Of a stretch of 64,000 nt of DNA, positions 37,722 to 51,670 are shown one piece after another. Below the pieces are notes generated by a model. It saw nothing but the letters and a program-made list of their open reading frames with translations. It was not told the origin of the DNA and ran no database searches. This stretch comes from Octopus sinensis. Taxonomy: Eukaryota. The DNA lies in assembly GCF_006345805.1 (NCBI RefSeq), contig NC_043006.1, positions 51,584,001 through 51,648,000 on the forward strand, written 5' to 3'. The position numbers were made by a program, and so were the translations under genes. Each line of letters begins with the position of its first letter. Positions within the stretch are counted from its first letter, which is position 1.

Positions 37722-38480
37722 TAGTTAAAATTTACAGAAAACAAAAGATGAAGACAGGTATAGGAACAATATGTAGGTGTATTAGTTTAACACTCAAGAA
37801 AAATGGAAAAGTCTTTTGTTTCAAGCCTATACTCTTCGATAGAAAGGGTTAATAGGTAAAAAAAAAATGGAGAAAGAATGAAAAAATGGAGAGAGAAAAA
37901 ATGTGCAGAATTCTATGGTCCAACATGGTGAGATGATTGGAACAAAAAAGGCTGAATGAAAGGGAGATAATAATAACAGTAATAGTGACACCAATGAACT
38001 AAGGTGCACAAGTGTGTGTGTATGTGAGAATGGTGTGTGTGAGTGTATGTGCGAATGGGAGCAAGTGAGTCTACCATGTGTGTGTGTGTCATTGACCAAA
38101 TAGTGTGTGTGTGTGTAGTGTATGTTTGTGAGCTAAAGTTATCTTTGTGTGTGTTGGATGTGTTTATGTGTTGCATGTTGTGTATATATTGTCTGTGTTC
38201 AGGTATTATGTGCTTGTGTGGGTGTGGAAGTGTGCATGATGGTGCGTGGTGTGTATACTGAGTTAAACAGTGTGTATGGCTGGTCATATAGTAGCATGTG
38301 TAGTGATACTATTGAAGATTGTGTGTAGGTGTGAGGTGTAGGTGCTCTGAAGTAGTCGGTGCTAGTGTGTATAGAGTGGGAAGGTGTTTGTGGGTGTATG
38401 TAATGGTGTGTGAAGTGAGTAATGAGTTGAACAGTGTGTATGGGCATTTGTATAGTGGTATGTGTGGTGAGGGTATCGAG
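37722..38480 (-). mobile_element. Penelope-like 3' UTR/terminal repeat relic with decayed hammerhead (37812-37846)
   Basis: Homologous to 39740-40522 in reverse orientation; CA-rich UTR also at about 31900-32280. Confidence 0.7.
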
Positions 38481-38485
38481 GTATA

Positions 38486-38549
<64 letters not shown>

Positions 38550-39011
38550 TATATATGTGTATGCGCCTATGTATATGTGTAAGTAAGCATGTATGTTTAT
38601 ACTTATGCACATACATACATGGATGTATTTGTATGCATGTATTCACTTGAATTTGTGTGGATGTGTATTTACGTACTTATCTCTATATATTTATATATGT
38701 GTTCTTATATGTGTATTTACTGCTAATATACACTTTTTTATACACATGTATAGGTAATTTTATTTTATTTTGTGTACGTTCATTACGCATATTCAGACTT
38801 CTTTCTTTCTTCCTTTCTTTCGTTACGGAAAAATATTTTTTCTCCCCCTATTCGTTACTTACTATTCCTTCTCTTACTCACTTCTTTAGTTAACTGTTGC
38901 TTATAAGATCGTTACCTTTTCTTTTTCTTTTTCTTCCCCCTCTCTGCATTTTACTTCTAGTCTATATGTATATATTAAGTGATTTTTGAATGCGGGCAAG
39001 ATTGCGTATAC

Positions 39012-39074
<63 letters not shown>

Positions 39075-39505
39075 GTGCATATTTACGTCTTACATATACA
39101 TGTCTGCATATATATGTGGTCTGTGTATATCCATCTGTGTATTTTGATGTATATATGTATATTGATGGTTTAGTATGCGTATACACTATTGTGAAATATT
39201 TTAATTTTGAATGCATTAATTGTATTAATCGAATTATATTTCATATATAATTAATGACAATATGTATTTTGAATCTGCTCTTCGATTTAAGGATTTTCCT
39301 CAATTTTTTATAATAGGATGAATTTATATTGAATTCATTGATTTTGTTTATTTTATTTATTTTGTTTATCACATGATTAAGACTGTTATTTGAAAGGACC
39401 AATGAAACAAATCCATATTTAAAGGTGTATCCTTTAACAAGTTTTGATCATATTGTTATTTCTGTTCTATTTTAACAAAACTGTCCAACGAATGGGAACG
39501 TGAAA

Positions 39506-39534
<29 letters not shown>

Positions 39535-39543
<9 letters not shown>

Positions 39544-40522
39544 GGGAAAATGGGATGCTGCTTGGCTGACCAGTTCGCAGAACATGCCCGAGACATCCAA
39601 CTTGGCAATGACACCCCGATCTTGTGCCGTTTCCACTCTACTGGTCACTCTCTGCAACACCTGTCCATGCTTGGATTGTCCTTGCACAGGGGCCATCTGG
39701 ACTCCCATTTGTGCCGTGAACAGGGATTAATCTTCTCTCTTCGCTCCTTTGCGCTACATGGGCTCAACTCTTCTCCCCTCGCCTCCCACCCCTCACATCT
39801 ACTTCCTTCCACCCACCTCTCCTCTCTTGCTCCGACTCCTACTTCTTCTCTTAACTCCTATTCTCCTTCTCTCTTCTCTTCACTCCTACCCACCTTCTCC
39901 TTCCCCCTTCATCGTCAGCCCTCCCTCGTAACACCAGCCCACCCCTACACATTCCAACCCCACCTTCCCTATCCTTCCCATCCAACCCCACCCCATACTT
40001 TACACCCCACCCTCATACCCAACCCTCAGCCTAACCCACACCCCACCTTTGCTTTCCACACTCTTGCCTCCACCACTTCCCAACACCATCATACCACTAC
40101 ACCATCATATCACACAACACCACATCACATTACATCACACCACCACGTACACACTAACACTGACCACTTCCCAGCCCCACATCTTCATACCTACACATAC
40201 ACATGTCAAAGTCACCAGCCCTCTTCCACACACACATACATACTCTCTTATACACATGCACACGCACCTTCATTTTGAGATAACCACTTCTTTATTATCT
40301 CCCCTTTTTCCTAGGTCTCCTGTGTGACCCTTCTGTCTGGTATTTGCCATGATAGATCGCTAGCCACTACGCATTCTTTATTTCCTTTCTTTGTTTCTTT
40401 CTGTGGATGCGCGTAGGCTTGAAACATTAAAGACTTTTTCACTTCCCAAGTGTTAAACTAATACATCTGCTTTTTGTCTACACCACCTGTCTTCATCTTT
40501 TGTTTTTTAGTGAATTCTCCCT
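39535..40522 (+). mobile_element. Penelope-like element 3' end: GIY-YIG C-half, UTR and decayed hammerhead (40396-40433)
   Basis: YIGKMGCCLADQFAEH..DI..HS..HLSMLGL..REQGLIFSL....GLN; TCTTT-CTGTGGA-T-GCGC(GTAG)GCTT-GAAA-CA-TT-AAAGA. Confidence 0.85.
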
Positions 40523-42442
40523 ATATATATATAGCCATGAGGTCTTTTTTTCCTCCATTTTGAAGAGTGGTTATAGGTCACTGGCCATTAGGATATGAAG
40601 AGATGCTATAAAGCTAAGTGGCTTATGGACATTAAACCTAGGGTAACCCCATAGACCAGCGATAACTATCTTTATCTACTTACTCTACTGCTCTATAACT
40701 CAGAGTGTGCTTCTCTTTCGGATTTATGATTTACTGACAATTACACACACACACACACATATCAAATTCACAATTAAAGACTGAAGGTTTAGAAAGTAGG
40801 AATTAAATGCAGTATCCAAACTTTGTTTCAGGGTAAATCCCAGGTAGTGTACCTATAGAGCATGTTCACCACTTATGGCTACCAAGCATCATCAGCGATA
40901 CTATGGATTCGTTGTTAGATCTATGCCTGAAATTCTGAGGTGCATGTCGGGTATATTTTAAAAGATTAATACAGAAGATGGAGTGTAACAAGAAACATTT
41001 ATTAGCACAATAATCATTTTGGCTTCATTTTGCTCTGCTCCCTAGTGGGCATGGAATGATGTCATAACACCAGATGAAACACACAGTGCAAAAGAGCCTC
41101 GTCAGGTGATGTAAGAGGGTCCACAAGTTCTCAGATTTAAATTTTATTTTCACTTCAAGTTATATGCTGATGGTGTGATTCTAGCAATTCAGACCCATTT
41201 GGTATATATACATAGAAGGACCAGTCGGTTTTGCAAACAAAAAAGTAATCAGTGCTGCAGATGGGACAGGGTTACATTAAATCTAGCAATGGTGATATTC
41301 GGAGGAGTTGTGGAAGGACTATTCAACAAATGGGGAATTCCAAGTTGAAGCAGGAAATGTTTTTTTAATAAGGTCATTGATGAAGTAGGGTAACACTGTC
41401 ATGCCTGCAGTATGGACAATTATTTTTTGCTTACAAAACCGACTGACTGTTATGCATTTCTTCCATCAGCTGCAGAGAGGTTATGCACCTTCAGCCATTT
41501 GAGTTTGATGTGTTGCCTTTACTGCTAAGCATTTTATAGGTGCAAAATTAATGGTCACTCTATGACTGGCCATAACTCTTAACTTCTTAAACAAAAGTAC
41601 ATTACAGCTCTAATGCTTTAGAGAGTGTTTCTTTTTCAGAGACAAAATGCAGAGAGAGAGAGAGAGAGAGAAAGGGGATGGACGAAGTTAGGCAATTAGG
41701 TGATGTTTCATATAAATTTGTTCTATATTTCTCTCTTCTACTCATAACCACAGAAGCTGTTCTGCCCAGCCATTACCTGAAAAGAACTTCCTGTATTGGA
41801 CTATCACATCCAATATAGTCTTTTAACAGTCAACACATGATGAATCAAAGATAACTACCTTTTTATTCCTCTCATTGTTAATGTGGGAACATGTTCATTT
41901 CCCATCATTAACGTAGTGATGATGTCATTTTCAGATTAAATTAATGACCCTTGAAGATGAAACAAGCCTATGCAGCCTTACTCTGCCATTACTTGGAACA
42001 GAAAAAATATACAGCGTATAAATATTTTAAATGGTGACAATCAACAAACACATTTACAGCATGTGCCCCTCATTTTTTCAAACACTGCAAGTTTATGATT
42101 GTGCCAAAGTCCTGCAATGAATTGTTTTCATTCATAAGGATTACACTGCCAAAAATATGGAAACCTGACATGGAAAACTATTGAAAATTAGGCGCACAAA
42201 GTGCACCTCCTGCCGAAAAGCACATAATCAGCTTTCCATGCTTGGATTCCACACAGACACTTGCTTATCTGGCTTCCATACACTTTTTATAACCTTTTCA
42301 CATATCTTTCAGGACAAGCTTCCAACAAACTATGCATATAAGGAAAATTTTGTCTTTCTTATTTCATTTGTTTAGATTGCTTGCATTTTCATTTTGCATT
42401 ATAATATTTTGTTTTACTTGGGCATGCAACACTTTAATTTTG

Positions 42443-42837
42443 TTCTGTGTGGTAAGTAGCTTGCTTACCAACCACATGGTTCTGGGTTCAGTCCCACTGC
42501 GTGGTACCTTGGGCAAGTGTCTTCTACTATAGCCTCGGACCGACCAAAGCCTTGTGAGTGGATTTGGTAGACGGAAACTGAAAGAAGCCCATCGTATATA
42601 TGTATATATGTATGAGTGTGTATATGTTTGTGTGTCTGTGTCTGTGCCCCTAACATTGCTTGACAACCGATGCTGGTGTGTTTACATCCCCGTAACTTAG
42701 TGGTTCGGCAAAAGAGACCAATAGAATAAGTACTAGGCTTACAAAGAATAAGTCCTGGGGTCAATTTGCTCGACTAAAGGCGGTGACCCAGTATGGCCGC
42801 AGTCAAATGACTGAAACAAGTAAAAGAGTAAAGAGTA
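42443..42837 (+). mobile_element. SINE family A
   Basis: Matches the family consensus. Confidence 0.9.
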
Positions 42838-43135
42838 TAAATACTCTTTTTCACATACATATTAACATGTCCTCTCTGCTTTTTATCTCATATGCATTCA
42901 CATGCACACTTCAAATGCTTGTATATAATACCAGCTTGTTTTTTCATTCATACTGACGACAGCAATTTTCTCTCTGCAAATTTCATGTTGACCACTTGGA
43001 GCAACTTACTGCACAGCAATTTTCAACTTTTTGCAGTCCACCTTGTGCATAAACTCATTCATAACCTGCAGTTTCACATGCACCTGATGTTTGATCTATG
43101 TGCATACACATTTTCATGCTGCTCTTTTCTCTTTT

Positions 43136-43508
43136 TGCTCTTTTACTTGTTTCAGTCATGTGACTGTGGCCGTGCTGGAGCACCACCTTTAGTCGAGCAA
43201 ATCGACCCCAGGACTTATTCTTTGTAAGCCTAGTACTTATTCTATCGGTCTCGTTTGCTGAACCGCTAAGTTACGGGGATGTAAACCTACTAGCATCGGT
43301 TGTCAAGCGATGTTGGGGGGGGGACAAACACAAGCACACAAACGCACACACATATATATATATATAAATACATATATATGACGGGCTTCTTTCAGTTTCC
43401 GTCTACCAAATCCACTCACAAGGCTTTGGTCAGCCTGAGGCTATAGCAGAAGACACTTGCCCATGTGGTTGGTAAGCAAGCTACTTACCACACAGCCACT
43501 CCTATGCC
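43136..43508 (-). mobile_element. SINE family A (internal deletion in the head)
   Basis: Inverted partner of 42443-42837. Confidence 0.88.
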
Positions 43509-44599
43509 TTTTACATACAATCCATAATGTCATCACATTACACTTTGTTTTTCATTGCATGTATTTCATGTTAATGTTTTCCTTTTCTTGGAGCACTCAA
43601 CTTTTCCTACATTTTCCTACATGTTGCAACTTACATAGACATCCATTCAATACTACAATACGGTTTTTTGAATTCGATAATTATCACTTCAACTCATAAC
43701 TTCAACAACTTAGAATGCTGGCCACATCTTTAAATATCCTCCATCTCCATCACACATCCACATCAGTGCAGTCTTCTTCATGCATACTACATCTGACTCC
43801 TCTTATATCCACCTTTTCTATCAGTTCATTTATTCACTTTGTTTCTGCACACCAGCATTACACATTCAGCCTCGGTTATTCTCAGCTTGTGCAAATCCTG
43901 CAAATTCAGGACCCACATTTATTGATCATGCAATATCATACTTCATACACAAGTACTATACAACATGCACTTCACTAAAAGAGAGAAATCTTTTGTTGCT
44001 AGAAGAGGTAATAGCTCTCCAAGTTTTTTCCAACTCATTCTTACTTAGGCTATTATACTTTCAGAACACCTATCTCCACTGCTAATTAGGGCACTAAGGC
44101 AACAAAGGCTATCAGCTATACCTACAAATTGATCTGCATATTGTGGTTGGACCATATAAGAAATTGTTGTAATTGGTTGACAAATGGGAATATTGAAAAT
44201 AGATATATAAAAGATTCTAAAAATATGCACATAATGGAGTTAATCTATATTTATAGCTGAAGCATAAAATTACAAATTTAAATTCAGTTTAAGATGTTAT
44301 ATCTAATTAATAATGTCCTTGGAACAGTAAAAAATGATCAAGTAATTTGAGAACAATTAGCCTCATTTAAAAATAAATACTTCAACTGCATTTAAGACAA
44401 AGGAGTTTAAAGCACAAGCTTGCTGAAATTGAAAATATAAAATTATTATTGAAACTGAGGTCTGTTTGGTGAACCATAATATCACCAATAATTAAGAAAA
44501 GATAATGAAAATATAAAGATCATCATTTGAGAACAGAGTGAAGGAAGATTAACAAACAAGCTTTGAATGGGAAATATATGGAAGAAGGAAAAGACAGCC

Positions 44600-44643
44600 T
44601 CATAGCAAATTTAAACATAGAGAGAGTTAGAAGAATAGAAAGG

Positions 44644-44680
<37 letters not shown>

Positions 44681-44713
44681 GGATAGATGGATGGATGGAT
44701 GGATGGATGGATG

Positions 44714-44754
<41 letters not shown>

Positions 44755-44760
44755 TGAAAG
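44600..44760. repeat. Compound (GATA)n(GGAT)n(GA)n microsatellite
   Basis: Read directly. Confidence 0.95.
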
Positions 44761-45258
44761 AGACAGAAATGACAGGTCATATCTGATGGCACTAGAAAAA
44801 TGTATTATCTATGAAATATAAGTTCAATATATAGTTTTTGTAAATAATGGAAACAGATTTAACCATAGATTTAAAAGCTGAAGACTTTTCATAATTTTGT
44901 TTAAATTTTATTTTACATAAAGTTAGTATCAAAAAAGTAAATCATTATAATCTTTTCATTTTTGTCATAAAACTAAACCTTTATTTTTATTGTGTTGCAT
45001 GATGCATTATTTTCCCCCTGTAATAATTCTACCAAGGTCAATTTTGTATTTCATCTTTCCAGGGTCAATAGATACCTTCTAGTCATTGACTGATGCTGAT
45101 TCTATTCGCCATCACCCCTTGTTACAATGTTAGAAATTGGAGTATATTAGTAAATATTTTTGAACAGAAAATAAGTTTCTTTCCTTGTTAATTTTTTTCT
45201 CATTACTATTCTTTTTCTTATATATTTAACTGTCACAAACAAAAAATATCCTGTCACC

Positions 45259-45509
45259 TTAGTAGTATGAACTTTTGTCTTTGTCTTTTGTTTTGATACA
45301 TCCTTCAATGGTTGTTATTCTTCTCCCTAATTTGAGAAATTTTCTTGATGTATGTCTTTTAAGATATTCATTGTAGCCAGCAATTTCCAGTTTATTATTC
45401 AACATCACTTCAGATTCCTTTAACTTTGTGTTTACTGTAATTTTCAGCTCATTGATTTTAGCTTGTAAGAATTCTGTGATGATTTTTCTCAAGTATTTTT
45501 TAGCTTCCT
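45259..45509 (-). CDS. CFAP119: CFAP119 copy B exon 9 (terminal)
   Basis: tcctag acceptor; corresponds to ORF-track 45259..45531 from EAKKYLRK onward. Confidence 0.9.
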
Positions 45510-47082
45510 CTAGGATATGTGAAAGAGACAATTAAATGATAGAACGGTAAGAAAAGAAATAATTATTTAGTTGTCCTTGAGAAGTTAGAAATCAATTGAT
45601 CTTACATTTAGACCATCACACAAACAATTTTTACCACATACATTGATTTACACATATTTAAACAGATTACCAAATATGTCAGTCTCTCTGGTCTCAGGTG
45701 TCACATTCAATAAATAAATGATCTTAGTATTCTGACCAGTATGACATAATCAATAAGTGGTTAAATAATTTCAGTATTCTGGCCAATAAAAACAGTCAAC
45801 AAGTTCTCAAACATTCTCAGTATTTTGACTAATAAATCACAGACAAAATATGTAAGAAATTCTTCTGTTGATATTTAAATTCAATTAATCCTAGTAAATC
45901 TAGTTAATCACTACCTAACTGGGACAGAGGTGAGCTAGCTGAGTGGATGAACTATTGGCTCATCTATTCCCGGTTGATGTTTCAAGTACAGAACACTTCT
46001 TACATCCCTTCAGAGTATTTGGCTGATAGAAGAAATAGATAAGAAATCAGCTGGGAGTATTACCTAAAATAGATTGCCATCCTGTCCAGGTGGATAAATA
46101 TCTCTGAAATGCATATAGCACTATAAAACCACAGCTAAACAAAATTTCGTAAAAGTTGCTTCGTTTCTGTTGCCTAGTAAATATATATACCCAGTACATA
46201 ACAATATTCACTTTTCTATTTTACACTGTATAATATTTACAAAACATCATAATTTTTAATTTAGTAGGTCTGAAGGAAGGACAGTGCCCATAGCCATTGC
46301 AAGCTCTCACAGAGTGGTAGGGCCAATGCCTTTAATGTTCCTCTTGAGCCTTTGCAAGTCATGCAGAAGCTTCTTTGTTGACTTGTAGTAGAAGTTTCCT
46401 ATTACAGTAACAAGATAAAAAAAAGTACAATATCTAATGCAAACACAAAAGGAATATGTGATATTTATGTTTTTCCCCAAGCCATTAGTACCATAAAAGG
46501 AAACCATTTTCAAATAGGAAATAATGTAACAAAATATAGAAAAAGAAAACTCATGAAAAGGCACAGGGAATATATCATGTTTATACCTTTCTGTCAAAGA
46601 AGCTCCCTTCTTCCCTCCAATAGTCTCATACAAGCTCCCTTGTTGAATCCATTGACAATGAAAAGGCTCCAGTGACCATAAAGAGATTTCCTAGCTTAGT
46701 CGCAGTGGTTACATTGACTCCCTGGTTGGCTCCTGTAACTACATAGAAACTCCCTTGTTCGATCTAATGACACTGGTAGACCTTGTTAGGTCTCCCAGTC
46801 ACTAAACTGAAACTCACCCATTGTTCTCAATGACCATACAATAACTCCAAAGTTGGCTCCAGCTATTCTATATAGGACCTTACTGGGTAGTGGTCTAAGG
46901 GAGATAATCCTTTGCACTGCGCTTGATCTTTTTTGTGTGTACAAAAACTAGCCATGAGACCGTTTCTCCTCCATTTAGGAGAGAGGTTATAGGCCACTGC
47001 CCATTAGGGTCTAACGAGATGTATGTGAATGGACGCTTAATGAATACGAAATCTTGGGTAACCTTACGAACAGGCCATAACG

Positions 47083-47150
<68 letters not shown>

Positions 47151-47859
47151 GAAAAAGCAAGTCAGGATAGAAAATGCTAAAATAATTTTATAAAGAACAT
47201 TTCAGTACCGGTTTCAGTCATTGAGACTTTTTCAATTGTAACAATTAAATAATTAAATTTAGAAAAATTCAAAGAAAAGTTTTTTAAAAGGATATTTGTA
47301 TAGTGTTCAAATACAAGTGGTATTTTCCTTGTTTCTGCCTGTCTCTGTCTCTCTTGTTTACTCTTGTGGGTTAAATTATTAATTTATAATTAATAAATTT
47401 CACCAAGTAGTTTCGGTATGGAAAGGAACCATATTCGGTAAAAACTTATACAAAAAGTTTTATATATAATTATAACAATAATTAAGGGTTTAGCAACAAG
47501 TTGCTTGACCACATACTGAAAAATTTAGAAATAGCAGCCAAAAGACCGTTATTTCTTTTCGCTACAAAATATGACTCCACAGACAACCCTCTCTGTAACT
47601 CACACAGGCAAAAAAAGAAGGAAAATAATGAAATCAAACAGTCTTCGGTTAATTATATATATATATATATATAACAGTTGCAGTGTGGAAGGTGTTTATA
47701 AGCCATTTAAGAAACACACAAAAACCGTTAGATTCACTTCAACATTTAACGGTTTTTGTGTGTTTTTTAAATGGCTTATAAACATCTTCCACGTTGCAAT
47801 TGTTTTTGTTCCAGCACACGATCTCAGATCAAGTCACTCGCTATGCAAGTACATCTCTG

Positions 47860-47893
<34 letters not shown>

Positions 47894-48144
47894 CATTAAA
47901 TTTAGGGTAAAAATTGATATTTATCAATTAGAACCAGTGGTCTAGCATATTAAAGAAAGAATCCGAAGATTAAAATATTTATATATACCAATTAAGGACT
48001 GAACACGAAAAAGTGGACAGTCAACATGCTAGATATAGACGTCAAATCGCCATTCTCCACATAGACTTTTTGTGGAGAATGGCGATTTGACGTCTATATC
48101 TAGCATGTTGACTGTCCACTTTTTCGTGTTCAGTCCTTAATTGG

Positions 48145-48176
<32 letters not shown>

Positions 48177-51100
48177 GAAAACTAAAAGAAATCAGTCTTT
48201 CTAGACTTTACATGAAACATCTATTTTATAGATTTAATGTTTAAATACGTGACATGGGTTGTTATTAAGATTATAATGCACCAGAGTATTAACCTTTTAG
48301 AATGTGTAGTTACAATTTTAATAATATGTTATGTTTTCATTGATAAACTAACAGTAGTGGCTTAGTGAATATGAACATTACTATCCTTACTGTAGAAATA
48401 ACTTTCTTGTTCAAATTTAGTTTGGGGGTCATGTACATATCTCAAGATTAAGACACTTGATAATGACAGGAAATGAAACCAATCAAAATGTAGTTTAAAT
48501 ATAATAATAATGATAATAATAATGAAATTATTGAATACAGTGCTCAGGTGCACCACAACTTGTCAAAAGTGTGTATAAGGCATATGCAGTAATGTACAAA
48601 CGTCTGGGAAGTGAACAGTGTATGAGTCAGATACATGTTTGCATGTGTATGGAGGGGAGAAAATCAGGTGTAGTGTTGGCGAATCTCAGGAAGCATGGAA
48701 GTTTTGAAGGATGCAGTGCTCCGACAACTAACAACTGATGCCGGTAGTTTGTTCCATACTTCAGCAACTCATAGCATGAAAAAATATTTCCTGAAGTCAT
48801 GGGAGCTGTGCTGTTTTCTGACTTTGTAAACATGTTCACGGGTGTTAGACAGGTGGAGTTTGAAAAGATGCTCAGAGTTATTGTTAGTAAGATGGTTAAT
48901 AATTTTATGGGTATCTACCAAGTCAGCTGCCAGATGTTGGAGTTTCAATGTATCCATGCCCAAGGAAGTAAGGCATTCAGAATATGGCAAATGCCTGATG
49001 GAGGGTATTCTCTTGGTTGCATGTTGCTGAACGGTTTCCAGACAATTAATATCTTGGGCAGGATAGGGGTTCCAGACCGGTGATGCAAATTCCAGGTGAG
49101 GCTGCACCATAGCTATATAAAGCCTCAGATACATATGAATAATATAATTATATATAATTTAAATATAGGGTCAACAGTCAGAAAAATTACTTCTGAATCT
49201 ATTCAAGGTGTTGATAACATACCTTTCTCAGAAATCAAGGCCATCTCCTTTTCGTCAATGCTTTCAGCCACTGACAGTGCAGTTTCAGTTTCACTTTTCA
49301 CTTTCTTCTCTTTTAGCGAATCAACTTGTATTTCTTCATTTGAAAAAGAAAAAGGAACATGGTAAAAATTGTCATGAAGACAGTTGGCTTACATCTCATT
49401 TACATCTGTTTTCTCCAAGTGAACAACTTTCAAATGAATATTATTAATAATAATAATGAACTTATTGTATACAGTGCTCAAATGCACTACAACTCACCAG
49501 AAAAAGTAACCAAAACTGCATGAACAGTACATAGAATATGCACAAGAAGTGAACAGTAAATAAATCTTAACAGAAAAAAAAATAATCGGGCTCAGTGGGC
49601 ATCAGGTGTACTGTTGGTGAATTTCAGGAATCATGGAAGTTTTGAAGGATGCAATATCCTGACAGATAACTGATGCAGGTAGTTTATTCCAGGCTTCAGC
49701 AAAATTTAACCTAGTCTCAATTTCGTTTTCATTTATTTATGCCTGTTTTTGTGTTCTTATAAACTGACACCATTGTCATGTGCTAGAAGGAATAACTTGA
49801 CATTGTATAATGGCAGTATTACTGTATATAAAGGTTCAAAGTAGTAAATTATGAAATTTGTGAACGATTGTAATGAAGGGTTTTCTTCTAACTTCATGTC
49901 CTAGTCAATAGTTGGAATGAGTACAACTCAGCTATCAATTACCTGAAGGTTAATACCATATTAAATCACAAAAATCATAAAGTCAGATATCACTAGTCAA
50001 ATCTACATAGGCGCAGGAGTGGCTGTGTGGTAAGTAGCTTGCTTACCAACCACATGGTTCCGGGTTCAGTCCCACTGCGTGGCATCTTGGGCAAGTGTCT
50101 TCTGCTATAGCCCCGGGCCAACCAATGCCTTGTGAGTGGATTTGGTAGATGGAAACTGAAAGAAGCCTGTCGTATATATGTATATATATATATGTATGTA
50201 TGTGTGTGTATATGTTTGTGTGTCTGTGTTTGTCCCCCTCGCATTGCTTGACAACCGATGCTGGTGTGTTTACGTCCCCGTCACTTAGCGGTTCGGCAAA
50301 AGAGACCGATAGAATAAGTACTGGGCTTACAAAGAATAAGTTCCGGGGTCGATTTGCTTGACTAAAGGCGGTGCTCCAGCATGGCCGCAGTCAAATGACT
50401 GAAACAAGTAAAAGAGTAAAAGATAAAGAGATACAAACTTGGCTGCACTTCCTCATCACTTTGATACAGATTTCTATCTCAGCACAGAACACACTGGTCA
50501 TGTGATTCTACCATAACATCAAAATAACACAGTGTTTTTGAGATAAACTGGACAGAAACTGTGGAATTTTGTCAAAAAAAACTACTTGTTCTTATTCCGT
50601 ACACTTAACCCATTAACCAGTTTGATATCACTACCATAACCTTGGATATTGTAGCAGAGTTCATACTGTTGTAAATGTTTAGAGCAGATCTCAGTATGAT
50701 ATTTAGTCCTTCCTGCAGTAGCAATACATGTGTCATATTTTAGCAGAGTCCATATTGTTGTAAACATTCGGTCAATCTCAATATACTGTTGTGATCCTTC
50801 TTACTGTCACAACCTGTAAGTCATATTTTGATAGAGTCTACTCTGTTATAAACATTTAGAGCAGGTCTCTCTATATTATGCACCTTCCTATAATAGTGAC
50901 TGTGTGTCATGATTTCTTCCACCCTTACCTAACATTCTTAGAAGCCATATAACTGTTATGTGTTCTGCCCTTCATCTCTCTATATTATGCTCTTTCCTAA
51001 AATAGTGAATGTGACATGGTTTCTTTTATCATGATCCAATGTTCTTAGAAGCCCTATTACTGTTATATGTGCTACTCTTCATCCTCTGATTAAATCATAA

Positions 51101-51586
51101 AAAAAACAGAAGCATTCCATTGATCAATCTTGAATACACAAAGACACTGACCCTTAAAATATCTTTGATAAAAAAATGTATCTGAGGAAACTAATGATGG
51201 TTTGTATTTGCTAAAACAAAATTGATAAAATTTATAAAATGACATAAATCTATGTATCATGAGGAGCGGTGAGTTCTAAGTTGTATAAGAGAGGCCTTGT
51301 ATAAAGAAAAAATACTCATGAATCACTATCATTTCATAGTCAACTACAAAGTTAACTATAAAGGTTGTAACAATTTTTGCAATTTTTAGAATCAGCCAAT
51401 ACATATTTACTATGGTGGAAACATAAACAATTGCTCCTTACCTTGGCTTGTCATGGATTCAGATTCTCCAATGTAGTTTAAAGCTAAATCAAGCTGCACC
51501 TGACATTGGTAAAATGATTAATAGTTCACAGTAAAATAAATAAATTTTATTTATGTTTATGTTTATTTATTATGTTTGTGTGTCCA

Positions 51587-51670
<84 letters not shown>

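Noticed and set aside
39550-40278. 242-aa protein-coding gene
   Set aside because: Only the first approximately 73 aa are a Penelope GIY-YIG remnant; the rest is read-through into a low-complexity C/A-rich UTR.
41160-41560. Reverse transcriptase fragment (YADGVILAIQ)
   Set aside because: A single YADD-like word with no other supportable motifs; too degenerate to annotate.
50010-50090. tRNA gene
   Set aside because: A/B boxes are present, but it continues into the SINE body; no cloverleaf or acceptor stem, and it is multicopy.
50582-51100. Extra repetitive exon in intron 7 (ORF 50582..50767)
   Set aside because: Units are 88-89 nt (not multiples of 3), the paralogous frame in copy A (about 15440-15600) has stops, and exons 7-8 already join in phase. 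It is a degenerate intronic tandem repeat.
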